In this document: in pieces, positions 39,278 to 49,161 of the stretch
How positions within the stretch are numbered: position 1 is the stretch's first letter
Layout of the letters: each line of letters starts with the position of its first letter
Assembly (NCBI GenBank): GCA_028289885.1
Contig: JAQGKX010000169.1
Span: 57,817-121,816, forward strand
DNA from: Sphingomonadales bacterium
Lineage (GTDB): Bacteria > Pseudomonadota > Alphaproteobacteria > Sphingomonadales > Sphingomonadaceae
DNA: 64,000 nucleotides
Direction: 5' to 3'
The notes under the pieces: model-generated
Told to the model about the DNA's origin: nothing
Databases searched by the model: none
Seen by the model: only the letters and a program-made list of their open reading frames with translations
Translations under genes and position numbers: made by a program

Positions 39278-40501
39278 ATGCCAAGCGCGCGCACGAGTGG
39301 AGAGCAATGGCGCGTCATTGCGATCGTCTTCCTGATCCTGAACGTTGCGCTTGGCGTGAACTTCAACGGCTATGGATCGCTCGTTGCTGCAATCCAAAAC
39401 GAGTTCGCGACGCAGCGTGTGTTTGCCTCTGCGGGCCTGAGTATGCTGACCCTCTCTCTGGGGCTGTTGTCGCCGCTTGTCGGAACATTGATGCGCCGGG
39501 TTTCGATCCGTTTGCTAATGGCAGTCGGTATCTCGTTGAATGCAATCGGTTATCTGGTGATCAGCCAGGTTCATTCGATCGGCGCAATGCTTGCCTGCTA
39601 TGCACTGCTTGTTGGGCCGGGCTTTTGTCTGTTCAGCGTTGTTCCTTGTACCGCGATCATCGCCAACTGGTTCGATACCGGGCGGGGGCGGGCGCTGGGC
39701 ATAATCAACATGCCGGTCGGCAGCAGCCTGATGCCGATCGCGGCTGCGGTAACGCTCGGCGCGCTTGGGCTGCGCGCTACCTTCGTCGGCGGGGCACTGA
39801 TCTTGCTCGCGCTGTTGCCGCTGCTGTTATTGCTGCGTGACAAGCCGCGTTTGCCGACGTCGACCGCCCCCGTGGCCGTTGCGTCGGCTGTCACGCCGTT
39901 GCCGTCGCGCGCAATTCTTCGTTCACCCGCTTTTCTGATACTGTCCCTCGGTATTGGCATACTCAGCGCCGGGGGCCTCGTCATGGTTACGCACCTCGTT
40001 GCGCTGGGCATGACACGCGGCCTTGATCTCGGCACATCGTCACTCCTGCTTGCCGCCTTTGGCGTGGCCGGGGTTGTCGGTGCGCCTGCCTTCGGCTGGA
40101 TTGCCGACCGCATCGGGCCGCGATACGGGCTGGCGCTCCTTTGTTTCGCCAGCATTCCGCCGTGGATCGGACTGATCGTCAGCGGCAGCAGTTTTGTCGT
40201 GCTGCTCGCGCTGGCAATTTGGATCGGCGCTTGTTCCAACGCGATAATGACGCTGTTCGGGTTGGCGATGAGCGACTGGCTGGGGGAATCGAACCTCGGA
40301 CTGGCGATGGGATTGTCTTACTCGCTTCAGATTCCCTTCATGTTCGGAGCCGGACCGCTGGCAGGGGCAATGTTCGACCACTACGCTAGCTATACGCCGA
40401 CGATCGTGCTGCATTGTACGAGCTTTGCAGTGATGGGCGTTATTTTCCTGCTGTTTCGCCGGGGAAGGGCATCAGCCAGGCCGGCGTCGGCTGTCTCGTG
40501 A
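39278..40501 (+). CDS. MFS transporter
   Basis: About 12 hydrophobic segments, GWIADRIG motif A, NWFDTGRGRALG. Confidence 0.92.
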   Translation: MPSARTSGEQWRVIAIVFLILNVALGVNFNGYGSLVAAIQNEFATQRVFASAGLSMLTLSLGLLSPLVGTLMRRVSIRLLMAVGISLNAIGYLVISQVHSIGAMLACYALLVGPGFCLFSVVPCTAIIANWFDTGRGRALGIINMPVGSSLMPIAAAVTLGALGLRATFVGGALILLALLPLLLLLRDKPRLPTSTAPVAVASAVTPLPSRAILRSPAFLILSLGIGILSAGGLVMVTHLVALGMTRGLDLGTSSLLLAAFGVAGVVGAPAFGWIADRIGPRYGLALLCFASIPPWIGLIVSGSSFVVLLALAIWIGACSNAIMTLFGLAMSDWLGESNLGLAMGLSYSLQIPFMFGAGPLAGAMFDHYASYTPTIVLHCTSFAVMGVIFLLFRRGRASARPASAVS

Positions 40502-40526
40502 TTATTAAATTCGGAATGGGACTGTC

Positions 40527-41324
40527 ATGAACTTCAAGAACTACGAGCTGCTTACCTTCGAGCGAAATGATCGCGTGTTGACGATCACGATGAACCGCCC
40601 CGAACTGCTGAACGCCGTCAGCCACGCCTTGCATGAGGAAATGGCGCGCGTCTTTTTCGAGGCTGCCGATGACCCCGACAGCAATGTCATCGTGCTGACA
40701 GGCGCGGGCAAGGCGTTCTCGGCAGGCGGCGATTTCGAATGGCTCGGCGATCAGTTGAAGGGGAAACGCGCGCCCTTCGTCAACGATGCAAAGAGCATGC
40801 GGCGGATCGTGATGGGAATACTCGACTGCCCGAAGCCGATCATCGCAAAGGTCAATGGCGATGCCTTCGGTTTTGGAGCATCGGTCGCGCTGTTGAGCGA
40901 TATCGTCATCGCCGCCGACCATGCTCGCTTCGCCGATCCGCACGTCCGGCTGGGACTCGTTGCGGGCGACGGCGGCGCGCTGATCTGGCCGCAACTGATC
41001 GGTTTTGCCAAGGCGAAACACTATCTGCTGACCGGCGATGCCATCGGCGCGATTGAGGCTGAACGCTGCAACCTCATCACCTTTGCAAAGCCGGCGGAGG
41101 AACTTGACGCATTCGTCGATAAATATGCTGCAAAAATGGCGCGGGGAGCGCAATCGGCGATCCGCTACACAAAATCGGTAACCAATATCGCACTGCGCCA
41201 GCTGTTCAGTTCGGTGTTTGAGGCCGGAGTCGCCTACGAGGGGCTGACGACCTACACCGCCGACCATCGTGAAGCGATCGAAGCGGTGATCGAAAAGCGC
41301 AAACCTAATTTCACTGGTAATTGA
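40527..41324 (+). CDS. Enoyl-CoA hydratase/isomerase family (His/Asp type)
   Basis: AFSAGGD, DPHVRLGLVAGDGG. Confidence 0.9.
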   Translation: MNFKNYELLTFERNDRVLTITMNRPELLNAVSHALHEEMARVFFEAADDPDSNVIVLTGAGKAFSAGGDFEWLGDQLKGKRAPFVNDAKSMRRIVMGILDCPKPIIAKVNGDAFGFGASVALLSDIVIAADHARFADPHVRLGLVAGDGGALIWPQLIGFAKAKHYLLTGDAIGAIEAERCNLITFAKPAEELDAFVDKYAAKMARGAQSAIRYTKSVTNIALRQLFSSVFEAGVAYEGLTTYTADHREAIEAVIEKRKPNFTGN

Positions 41325-41415
41325 CGGTGTCGTCGAGCCTTACATTACGAGCAATCTTAAGTTAGCATAAGGTACAATAGCGGCATTTGAGTCGCAGGCC
41401 TCGAGAAGCATTGGG

Positions 41416-42054
41416 ATGATGATGGCGGATGATTTGACAGCACAAATGCGTCTCGTGCTCGATCGGCAAGAAATTGAACACGTCCTGAAACTCTATTGCC
41501 GGGCGATCGACCGGCTCGATATCGAGTTGCTGAAATCGATCTATCACCCCGATGCTACGGACGATCATGGATCATATTCCGGAAATGCGCACGGTTTCGC
41601 CGATTATATCATTCCCGCGATGGCGGAGAGCATTACCGACGGGATACATACCGTCACGCACTGCACCATCGACGTCGATGGCGATTTCGCGACGTCCGAG
41701 GCCTATTACTGGGCCTATCAGCGCACGATCGGCGGCTATGATCATATCAAGGCGTTTTTCGGGCAAGGCTATGCCGATGCGCAGGTGATAGCGGGCACGA
41801 TAGACGGTGCGCACGATTATTATTGTGGCGGGCGCTATATCGACCTGTTCGCGCGGCGTGACGGCGTCTGGAAAGTCCTGCGGCGCAAGATCACCAACGA
41901 ATGGAACGATATACGCCCCTCTCAGCGTATCACGACAGAGGGGCATGTGGCGGTCTTCAACCTTCCGGGCCGACGCGATCGCCAGGACCCGGTTTATCTC
42001 AACACGATTCCGGCCCCCATTTCGACTCAGGCGCGCGACACGCTCGCTGCCTGA
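41416..42054 (+). CDS. NTF2/SnoaL-like protein
   Basis: YCRAIDRLD, YHPDATDDHG, GGRYID. Confidence 0.85.
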   Translation: MMMADDLTAQMRLVLDRQEIEHVLKLYCRAIDRLDIELLKSIYHPDATDDHGSYSGNAHGFADYIIPAMAESITDGIHTVTHCTIDVDGDFATSEAYYWAYQRTIGGYDHIKAFFGQGYADAQVIAGTIDGAHDYYCGGRYIDLFARRDGVWKVLRRKITNEWNDIRPSQRITTEGHVAVFNLPGRRDRQDPVYLNTIPAPISTQARDTLAA

Positions 42055-42075
42055 GACACAGCCAAGGAAATACAC

Positions 42076-43512
42076 ATGGCGAACGATTACGATGTGATTG
42101 TCATCGGGTCCGGCGCGGCAGGAATGTCGGCGGCGATCGAAGCGCGCGAAGCAGGTGCGCGGGTGATGGTGGTCGAGGCAGATGGCCATCTTGGCGGCGC
42201 AACCCGGAACTCGACCGGCGTCGTCTACGCGGCGGGGTCGGTTACGCAGCGCGCGGCGGGCGTGAATGGCGACACGGCGGATGCGCTTTACGATTATGTC
42301 CTGACGCTCAACCAATATGCCGTCCGCCCCGACCTCGTCCGCATCTATGCCGATCAAAGTGCTGCAATGGTCGACTGGCTGATCGAAAAAGGCTGTGCGT
42401 TTCCGCCCAACATGCTCGTCCACTCCGATGTGAGTGGGGTTCTACGCGGCCACACGTCGCAGACGTTCGGGCTGGGCATCGCCGACGCGCTGATCAACCG
42501 CGCTGGTGCGCTGGGGGTCGAGACGGCGCTTGGCAGTCGTGTCGAGCAGTTGCTTTACGAAGACGGTCGCGTGACCGGCATTGTCGCGGGCGGTTACGAA
42601 TTGCGCGCCGCCGCGGTGGTGATCGCGACCGGCGGCTTTGGCAACAATCCGGAAATGCTGAAGAAATGGTTTCCGTCCGCGGCATATCATGGCGATCGGA
42701 CATGGGCGGTCCATCGCGACGCGCCCTTCATTCTGGGTGACGGAATAACGCTGGGTGAATCGGTCAATGCCCAAATCACCGGCTTCGATCACGGCCTGAT
42801 CCAGCCAACGCCCTGTTTCGACAGCCGCCATATTGAGGCGTTCCTGCCGCCATGGGTGATCGCGGTGAACGCAGAGGGCAAGCGGTTCATGGCGGAATGG
42901 GATTCCTATGCCGTGGTCGGCTATCTCATCAACGAACAGACGGGCCGACGCTGCTGGGCGGTGTTCGACCACCGGACGATGGTCGCCAATGGCGACGACC
43001 TGTCCTATGCCGACCCCTATAACAGCGGTCTCGCCAGTTCGAGCTGGGAGGAGCACACGATCGTCGCCGAAGTCGAAAAGGGCGTCGTAAAGCGCGATGA
43101 CAGTGTCGAGGGACTGGCCGCGCAGATCGGCATCGACCCGGCGGCGCTGGCCGAAACCGTCCGGGCCTATAACGCCGATATAGCGGATCATGGCGAAGAC
43201 CGCCGTTTTCGCAAGGACGGCAATGGTCATCCCCTCGCTCCCGTCGTGCAAGCGCCGTTCTATGCCGTCGAGGTGCGGCCTGCGATCGTCGGGTTTACCG
43301 CTGCCGGCCTCGATATCGACGCCGACGGACGAGTGTTCGATACGCGCGGCATCGTGATCCCGGGCCTTTATGCGGCAGGCGAGGTACTCGGTTGTTTCCA
43401 CGGCAAACGTTATGCTGGCGGCGGCACCAGCATCGGTAGCGCAGTGGTTTTTGGCCGACGCGCCGGAACGGCGGCAGCGCACGCTGCGCAAGACGCGCTG
43501 GAAGACGCATGA
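42076..43512 (+). CDS. FAD-dependent oxidoreductase (paralogue of 4911..6332)
   Basis: VIGSGAAG, ATGGFG, AVHRDAPFILGDG, EAFLPPW, IPGLYAAGE. Confidence 0.88.
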   Translation: MANDYDVIVIGSGAAGMSAAIEAREAGARVMVVEADGHLGGATRNSTGVVYAAGSVTQRAAGVNGDTADALYDYVLTLNQYAVRPDLVRIYADQSAAMVDWLIEKGCAFPPNMLVHSDVSGVLRGHTSQTFGLGIADALINRAGALGVETALGSRVEQLLYEDGRVTGIVAGGYELRAAAVVIATGGFGNNPEMLKKWFPSAAYHGDRTWAVHRDAPFILGDGITLGESVNAQITGFDHGLIQPTPCFDSRHIEAFLPPWVIAVNAEGKRFMAEWDSYAVVGYLINEQTGRRCWAVFDHRTMVANGDDLSYADPYNSGLASSSWEEHTIVAEVEKGVVKRDDSVEGLAAQIGIDPAALAETVRAYNADIADHGEDRRFRKDGNGHPLAPVVQAPFYAVEVRPAIVGFTAAGLDIDADGRVFDTRGIVIPGLYAAGEVLGCFHGKRYAGGGTSIGSAVVFGRRAGTAAAHAAQDALEDA

Positions 43513-44078
43513 CGGCGACAGTGTTGGACCGGACGCTGGACAAGGCGTTGGCGCGCGAGGCGGCGATCGACCTGCTGATCGCCAGGGATGCCCTGCGCGA
43601 CGTTGCCACCCGCTATGCCCGTGCCGTGGATCGTCGCGATCTTGACCTGTTGCGGTCGGTTTATCACGACGACGCAACCGACGAACATGGCACCGTATAT
43701 TCCGGACCCGCGAGCGGTTTTGTCGATGGCTTCATGGAGGTGATGAAGGATTTCGAACTGACCGCGCATTATATCTGCAACGCGTCCTACCGGATCGACG
43801 GCAGCAATGCCGACGGCGAACTATACTTCATTGCCTATCACCGCACGGTTGGCGAAGATTCGAAACACGCCATTGTTTCAGGGCGTTATCTTGACAACTA
43901 CACATTGCGCGCTGGCGAATGGCGGATCGCGACCCGAAAGCTGGTATGGGACAGCGCGCTGACTCTGCCAGTCGATCCTGCCGACGCGGCGCTGCTGGGG
44001 ACGCTCGGCGAAGTCGGGCGGTGGGGTGAGGACGACTATTCCTATCGCGCCCTGCCGCAGATGGGGCGGGGGCTGTAA
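43509..44078 (+). CDS. NTF2/SnoaL-like protein
   Basis: YARAVDRRD, YHDDATDEHG, GRYLD. ATGA overlap. Confidence 0.85.
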   Translation: MTATVLDRTLDKALAREAAIDLLIARDALRDVATRYARAVDRRDLDLLRSVYHDDATDEHGTVYSGPASGFVDGFMEVMKDFELTAHYICNASYRIDGSNADGELYFIAYHRTVGEDSKHAIVSGRYLDNYTLRAGEWRIATRKLVWDSALTLPVDPADAALLGTLGEVGRWGEDDYSYRALPQMGRGL

Positions 44079-44102
44079 AGAGCGACGACTGCAAACCGTC
44101 GA

Positions 44103-45026
44103 TCAACCGGTGAATTCGCCCAGCGCGTCGTTGTCGATGGAGTGCAATGCTTCCTGAGCGACGGTCGCGACGAGATTGCCAGCACGATCATAGACCAGTC
44201 CGCGCGTGAGGCCGATCGATCCGCGCGCGGACGGCGATTCGGTTTCAAATAACAACCAGTCATGAGATCGTACCGGACGGTGGAACCACATCGAATGATC
44301 GAGGCTGGCGATGCCGACATGTGGTCCTGCAAGCGCAACCGTATGCGGAACCAGCGGCGCGCCGGAAAACATGAAATCGGACAGATAGGCGAGCACCGCG
44401 CGGTTCAGCCGCTCGTCGTCAGACGGTGCCATGTCGCGTGCCCGCAGCCAGAAGTGGCGCTTTGCGACCGGCGCGCGACGCGTGAAACCGACAGGCGAGG
44501 GGAACCGGATATCGACGGGATAATGGCCGAGGAATGTCACCAGCTTCTCGCGCAATATGTCCGGTGCCGTTTCAGCCAATGCTGCGCGATCGAGCGCATT
44601 TTCAGGATCGAATACGAACTCCGCATCCCGCTGATGCTCGAAGCCGGGGAGGGGGACGCTGTACGACGCATCGAGCGTCAGGATCACCTTTTCATTTTGC
44701 ATCGCCGCCACGCGTCGCGTTGAAAATCGCCGCCCATCCCGAACCCGCTCAACCACGAACTCGACCGGATGCCCGGCGTTGCCAGCACGCAGGAAATAGG
44801 CATGCAGCGAATGGACCGTTCGACCGGTGTCCACCGTCAGATCGGCAGCCGCCAGTGCCTGCGCCACGATCTGGCCACCGAACAGCGCCTGATACGCATT
44901 GGCCTGATTGATGCGATTCCTGAAACGATCTCCCGGCAAGGTTGCCGGGATCGGGTCGAGGACAAGCTGATCGGGGATCGGGAAGACGATGTCTCCGGCG
45001 GAAAAATTGTTCTTGAAAGTTCTCAC
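44103..45026 (-). CDS. tesB: Acyl-CoA thioesterase II
   Basis: LFGGQIVAQ, HSLHAYFLR, RDGRRFSTR, AYLSD, SLDHSMWFH, QE. Start uncertain. Confidence 0.85.
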   Translation of the reverse strand: MRTFKNNFSAGDIVFPIPDQLVLDPIPATLPGDRFRNRINQANAYQALFGGQIVAQALAAADLTVDTGRTVHSLHAYFLRAGNAGHPVEFVVERVRDGRRFSTRRVAAMQNEKVILTLDASYSVPLPGFEHQRDAEFVFDPENALDRAALAETAPDILREKLVTFLGHYPVDIRFPSPVGFTRRAPVAKRHFWLRARDMAPSDDERLNRAVLAYLSDFMFSGAPLVPHTVALAGPHVGIASLDHSMWFHRPVRSHDWLLFETESPSARGSIGLTRGLVYDRAGNLVATVAQEALHSIDNDALGEFTG

Positions 45027-45068
45027 ACGCAGCCCTTTGCACGATCCCTGCGAACAGGGTAGGGGAAT

Positions 45069-45088
45069 TTAACACGCTTGCGTACGAT
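45069..45088. promoter_or_regulatory. Palindromic operator copy in a divergent promoter region
   Basis: TTAACACGCTTGCGTACGAT. Confidence 0.5.
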
Positions 45089-45131
45089 CTGCGAGTTCGG
45101 ATGATTGGATGCGCGGTTGGAGGAGAACGGC

Positions 45132-46334
45132 ATGGACCCGAGTTATAGCGCCGCCGACGATGCATTCCGCGCAGAAGTGCGAGCGTTTGTCGCGGCTGAG
45201 TTACCCGATGACCTGCGCCGACGTGCTTCGGCGGACTATCACGCGCGCCGCGATGATCAGGCGCGCTGGGCGAAAATCCTTGCGCGGCAGGGATGGTCGG
45301 TGCCGCACTGGCCGGTCGTTTATGGCGGGACAGGATGGACAGGTGTGCAGCGCCTGATCTTTGAAAAAGAAATGCGACTCGCGCACGCCCCGACGATGGA
45401 CCGGATCGGCCCGGAACTGGTTGCGCCTGTGTTGTACTCTTTTGCCACCGAGGAGATGCGTCAGCGCATCCTGCCGGGTATCCGCAATGGCGACGTGTTC
45501 TGGGCGCAGGGATTTTCGGAACCCGGTGCCGGGTCCGACCTGTCATCGTTGCGCACGCGGGCGGTGCGAGAGGGCGATCACTATGTGGTCAACGGGCAAA
45601 AAACCTGGACGACCGAGGGGCATCATGCCGACATGATCTTCATGCTGGTGCGTACCAACCCGGATGTGAAACCGCAGGCGGGTATTTCGGCGATACTGAT
45701 CGACCTGAAGTCCCCCGGTGTGACGCGTCGCCCGATCTGGACGATGGACGAGGGGCTGACCGTCAACGAGTTCTTCTTTGACGACGTTCGGGTTCCCGTC
45801 GGCAATCTGGTCGGGGACGAGGGTGCCGGTTGGACCTATGCCAAGTTCCTGCTGACCAACGAACGGACGACCAGTGCCGATGTACCGCACACGCGACGTG
45901 ATATTGCACAGCTTCGCGCCATCGCCGCGATCGAACAGCGCAACGGTCGTCCGCTGATCGAGGATCGTCGGTTTCGTGCCAGACTTGCCCAGATCGAAGT
46001 CGACACGCTGGCGCTGGAATATGCCGTGCTTCGCGTACTGACCGACGAGAGCAACCACGGTGGTGCCGTCGCCTCCGTCGTCAAGGTACGCGGTTCGGAG
46101 TTGCGTCAGCGTGTCGCCGAACTTGCCAGCGAGGCGCTTGGCGATGCCGGGCTTGCGGTTCGCCGCGACGCAGAGGCCGAGGAAGCGATGTCGGACGACC
46201 CATGGGATCCGCCGGTTCCCGAACACGGCATCGGGGTTTCGGCCAAGGCGATGTTTCGCCGGGCGACCACGATTTACGGTGGCGCCAACGAGATTCAGCG
46301 AACGCTGATCGCCAAAACTATTCTTGAACTTTGA
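45132..46334 (+). CDS. Acyl-CoA dehydrogenase, large subunit of a PimC/PimD-like heteromer
   Basis: WAQGFSEPGAGSDL, NGQKTWT, LTNER, TIYGGANEIQR. Confidence 0.9.
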   Translation: MDPSYSAADDAFRAEVRAFVAAELPDDLRRRASADYHARRDDQARWAKILARQGWSVPHWPVVYGGTGWTGVQRLIFEKEMRLAHAPTMDRIGPELVAPVLYSFATEEMRQRILPGIRNGDVFWAQGFSEPGAGSDLSSLRTRAVREGDHYVVNGQKTWTTEGHHADMIFMLVRTNPDVKPQAGISAILIDLKSPGVTRRPIWTMDEGLTVNEFFFDDVRVPVGNLVGDEGAGWTYAKFLLTNERTTSADVPHTRRDIAQLRAIAAIEQRNGRPLIEDRRFRARLAQIEVDTLALEYAVLRVLTDESNHGGAVASVVKVRGSELRQRVAELASEALGDAGLAVRRDAEAEEAMSDDPWDPPVPEHGIGVSAKAMFRRATTIYGGANEIQRTLIAKTILEL

Positions 46335-46341
46335 GGTCCTA

Positions 46342-47457
46342 GTGGATTTTATTTACACATCCGAACAGGATTCGCTGCGAGATAGCGTGCGGCGTTTCGT
46401 TGAACGCGAATATGGCTGGGAACGGCGACAGCAATTGATCCGCGCCGCGCCGGGGGCCGATAGCGGCCACTGGCCTGTCTTCGCCGAACTGGGCCTGTTG
46501 GGTGCGGGGCTGTCGGAAAATGAGGGCGGCTTTGGCGGCGGGCCGGTGGAAAACGCGCTCATCGCCGAGGAACTGGGCCGGGCATTGGTCATCGAACCGT
46601 TCATCGGGCATGTCATCGCGATGCAACTCGTCGCGGCGATCGGCGGAATGGCGGCGCAATTGCTGACTGAGCCGATGATGATGGGCGAACGCCGCGTCAT
46701 GCCCGCACTTGGCGAGGCCGCTGGACATGGCAACCCCACCTCGATTGCGGCAACTGCCGGGCGTGACGGTGAGCTGTATCGCGTGACCGGCGTGAAAACT
46801 TTGGTAGATGGCGCGGCACAAGCCGATGCTTTCATCGTTTCGGCGCTGGTCGATGGTGAAACTGCGCTGTTTCTGGTTGAAGCGAATGACAGCGGTATTT
46901 TGCGTCGCGATTACCGAACGCTCGACAATCACCGCGTTGCCGATGTCGCTTTTCATGCGGCGCAGGGGTCATTGCTCGCGTCGGGTGACGTAGCAACGGC
47001 GGCGATTTCGCGAGCGCTCGATCATGGTTTGGTCGCACTTGGCGGCGAGGCTCTGGGCGTGATGGATGCGGCGATGTGGGCCACGCGCGATTATCTGAAG
47101 CTGCGCCGCCAATTCGGTACGACACTCAGCACGTTTCAGGCGCTCCAGCACCGTATGGCGGACATGCTGATCGAGGTCGAGCTGACCCGCTCGCTGCTGT
47201 TCCACGCGCTCGGTGTGGCCGCAAGTGAGGACCCGGAGGCACGAGCCGCTGGCACCTCCGCGCTGAAGGTCCAGATTGCCAAGGGCGGTTTGCTGGTCAC
47301 GCGCGAAGCCATACAGTTCCACGGCGGCATCGGCGTTACCGAAGAACTGAACATCAGCCATTTCTATCGCCGACTGTACACGATTACCCGACTATTGGGT
47401 GATGCCGATCTTCATCTCGACCGTTTTGCAGCAATGATCGACCGACGAGCCGAATAA
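46342..47457 (+). CDS. Acyl-CoA dehydrogenase, small (PimD-like) subunit
   Basis: RRQFG, FQALQHRMAD, QFHGGIGVTEE. Lacks the canonical SEP..GSD. Adjacent to the large subunit. Confidence 0.88.
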   Translation: MDFIYTSEQDSLRDSVRRFVEREYGWERRQQLIRAAPGADSGHWPVFAELGLLGAGLSENEGGFGGGPVENALIAEELGRALVIEPFIGHVIAMQLVAAIGGMAAQLLTEPMMMGERRVMPALGEAAGHGNPTSIAATAGRDGELYRVTGVKTLVDGAAQADAFIVSALVDGETALFLVEANDSGILRRDYRTLDNHRVADVAFHAAQGSLLASGDVATAAISRALDHGLVALGGEALGVMDAAMWATRDYLKLRRQFGTTLSTFQALQHRMADMLIEVELTRSLLFHALGVAASEDPEARAAGTSALKVQIAKGGLLVTREAIQFHGGIGVTEELNISHFYRRLYTITRLLGDADLHLDRFAAMIDRRAE

Positions 47458-47513
47458 TAGTTGCCTAACATATGGTTCGCGTCCTAACGTTTTGAAAACG
47501 TGAAAAGGACAGG

Positions 47514-49154
47514 ATGCAGATGCTGGATAGCTATGATTATATCATCGTCGGCGCAGGATCCGCTGGCTGCGTTCTGGCCAACCGCTTGTCGGCAAATCCC
47601 GCGCATCGCGTCCTGCTCGTTGAAGCGGGCGGCGACAACAAGACGTTCCTGGTCAACATGCCGAAGGGGATCGGCAAGCTCGTCACCGATCCAAAACATA
47701 GCTGGAGCTACCCGATCCAGGATAGCGCCGGTGCGGTCAGCGAAACGTGGCAGCGTGGACGCGGGCTTGGCGGGTCGTCGGCAATCAACGGCATGATATA
47801 TGTGCGCGGCCAGCCGCAGGATTATGACTTGTGGGAGCAGGCGGCGGGTTCCGAGTGGGGTTGGGCTGCGATGAGCCAGGCGTTTCGCTCGATCGAGGAT
47901 CACGAACTGGGCGATGACGGCGTTCGTGGCGCGGGCGGGCCGGTTCATGTTTCGACGAATAAATTCCGATATCCCCTGACCGAAGCTGCGATAAAGGCAG
48001 GTGAACAAATGGGCCTGCCGCGCCATTATGAAGACCTGAATCGAGAGGATCAGGAGGGCATCGGCTATTATTGCTACAACATTAAAAACGGTCGTCGGCA
48101 AAGTTCGGCGACTGCCTTTCTCGATCCCGTCCGCGCACGGTCGAACCTCCACGTCGTCACCGGCGTCACCGTAGATCGCGTCACCTTTGAAGGGCGACGG
48201 GCAAGCGGGGTCGCTTGTCGTCTCGATGACGGGTCACGCAAAACCTTCACGACGCATGGCGAAGTCATACTGTCGGCAGGTACGATCATCTCGCCCAAGC
48301 TGTTGCAGCTCTCAGGCATTGGACCGGTGGCCCTGTTGCGGGAGCACGGGATTGAAGTGGTGCAGGACAGTCCGGACGTCGGACGGCGCATATTGGAACA
48401 TCTAGGGCTAATGCTGACTTACGGGCTGGTCGGCGACAAGGGCATCAATCACCGGCTTTACGGGCTCGGTCTGGCCAAAAGCGTGGCGCAATATCTTGCC
48501 TTTCGTACTGGACCGCTCGCCAACGGTGCCATGGAAGTGGGTGCGTTCATCAAGACCGATCCTGCGCAGCCCAGACCCAACGCACAGCTTTATATCAGTG
48601 GCTGGACGCTTCACATGTCGGACGACAAAAGCAACGTGGCACCCATGCAGTCGGTCGAGCATGAGCCGGGAATGACGATCACGACGCAGTTGATCGGACT
48701 GGAAAGCGAAGCCAGTCTTGAGATATCGAGCGCCGATCCCGATGCGGCGATCACGATCACGCCGAATTGGCTGGGGACTGCGAATGACGAGCGCGCGGCA
48801 GTCGACCTCGTTCGCTATGTGCGCCGCTTCGTCCAGCAACCCGCAATCGCATCAATGATCGGTGAGGAACGGTCGCCGGGTGCTCAACGCCAGAGCGATG
48901 CCGAAATCCTCAAGGCGGTGCGCGCGGCGGCCCTGTGCGGGACGCATGCAGTGCGAAGCTGCCGGATGGGGCGTGACAAGGATTCGGTGGTCGACGAACG
49001 GCTGCGCGTCCGGGGTGTACACGGACTGCGGGTCGTGGACTGTTCGGTCATGCCAGCGCTGATTTCGGGCAATACCAACGCGCCCGCCATGGCGACAGGG
49101 TGGCGCGCCGCCGACCTCATCCTCGAAGACGCACAATTGCGGAATGCGGCCTGA
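47514..49154 (+). CDS. GMC family oxidoreductase
   Basis: IVGAGSAG, GLGGSSAING, SPKLLQLSGIG, GLRVVD, GNTNAP. Confidence 0.94.
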   Translation: MQMLDSYDYIIVGAGSAGCVLANRLSANPAHRVLLVEAGGDNKTFLVNMPKGIGKLVTDPKHSWSYPIQDSAGAVSETWQRGRGLGGSSAINGMIYVRGQPQDYDLWEQAAGSEWGWAAMSQAFRSIEDHELGDDGVRGAGGPVHVSTNKFRYPLTEAAIKAGEQMGLPRHYEDLNREDQEGIGYYCYNIKNGRRQSSATAFLDPVRARSNLHVVTGVTVDRVTFEGRRASGVACRLDDGSRKTFTTHGEVILSAGTIISPKLLQLSGIGPVALLREHGIEVVQDSPDVGRRILEHLGLMLTYGLVGDKGINHRLYGLGLAKSVAQYLAFRTGPLANGAMEVGAFIKTDPAQPRPNAQLYISGWTLHMSDDKSNVAPMQSVEHEPGMTITTQLIGLESEASLEISSADPDAAITITPNWLGTANDERAAVDLVRYVRRFVQQPAIASMIGEERSPGAQRQSDAEILKAVRAAALCGTHAVRSCRMGRDKDSVVDERLRVRGVHGLRVVDCSVMPALISGNTNAPAMATGWRAADLILEDAQLRNAA

Positions 49155-49161
49155 AGCAGCG

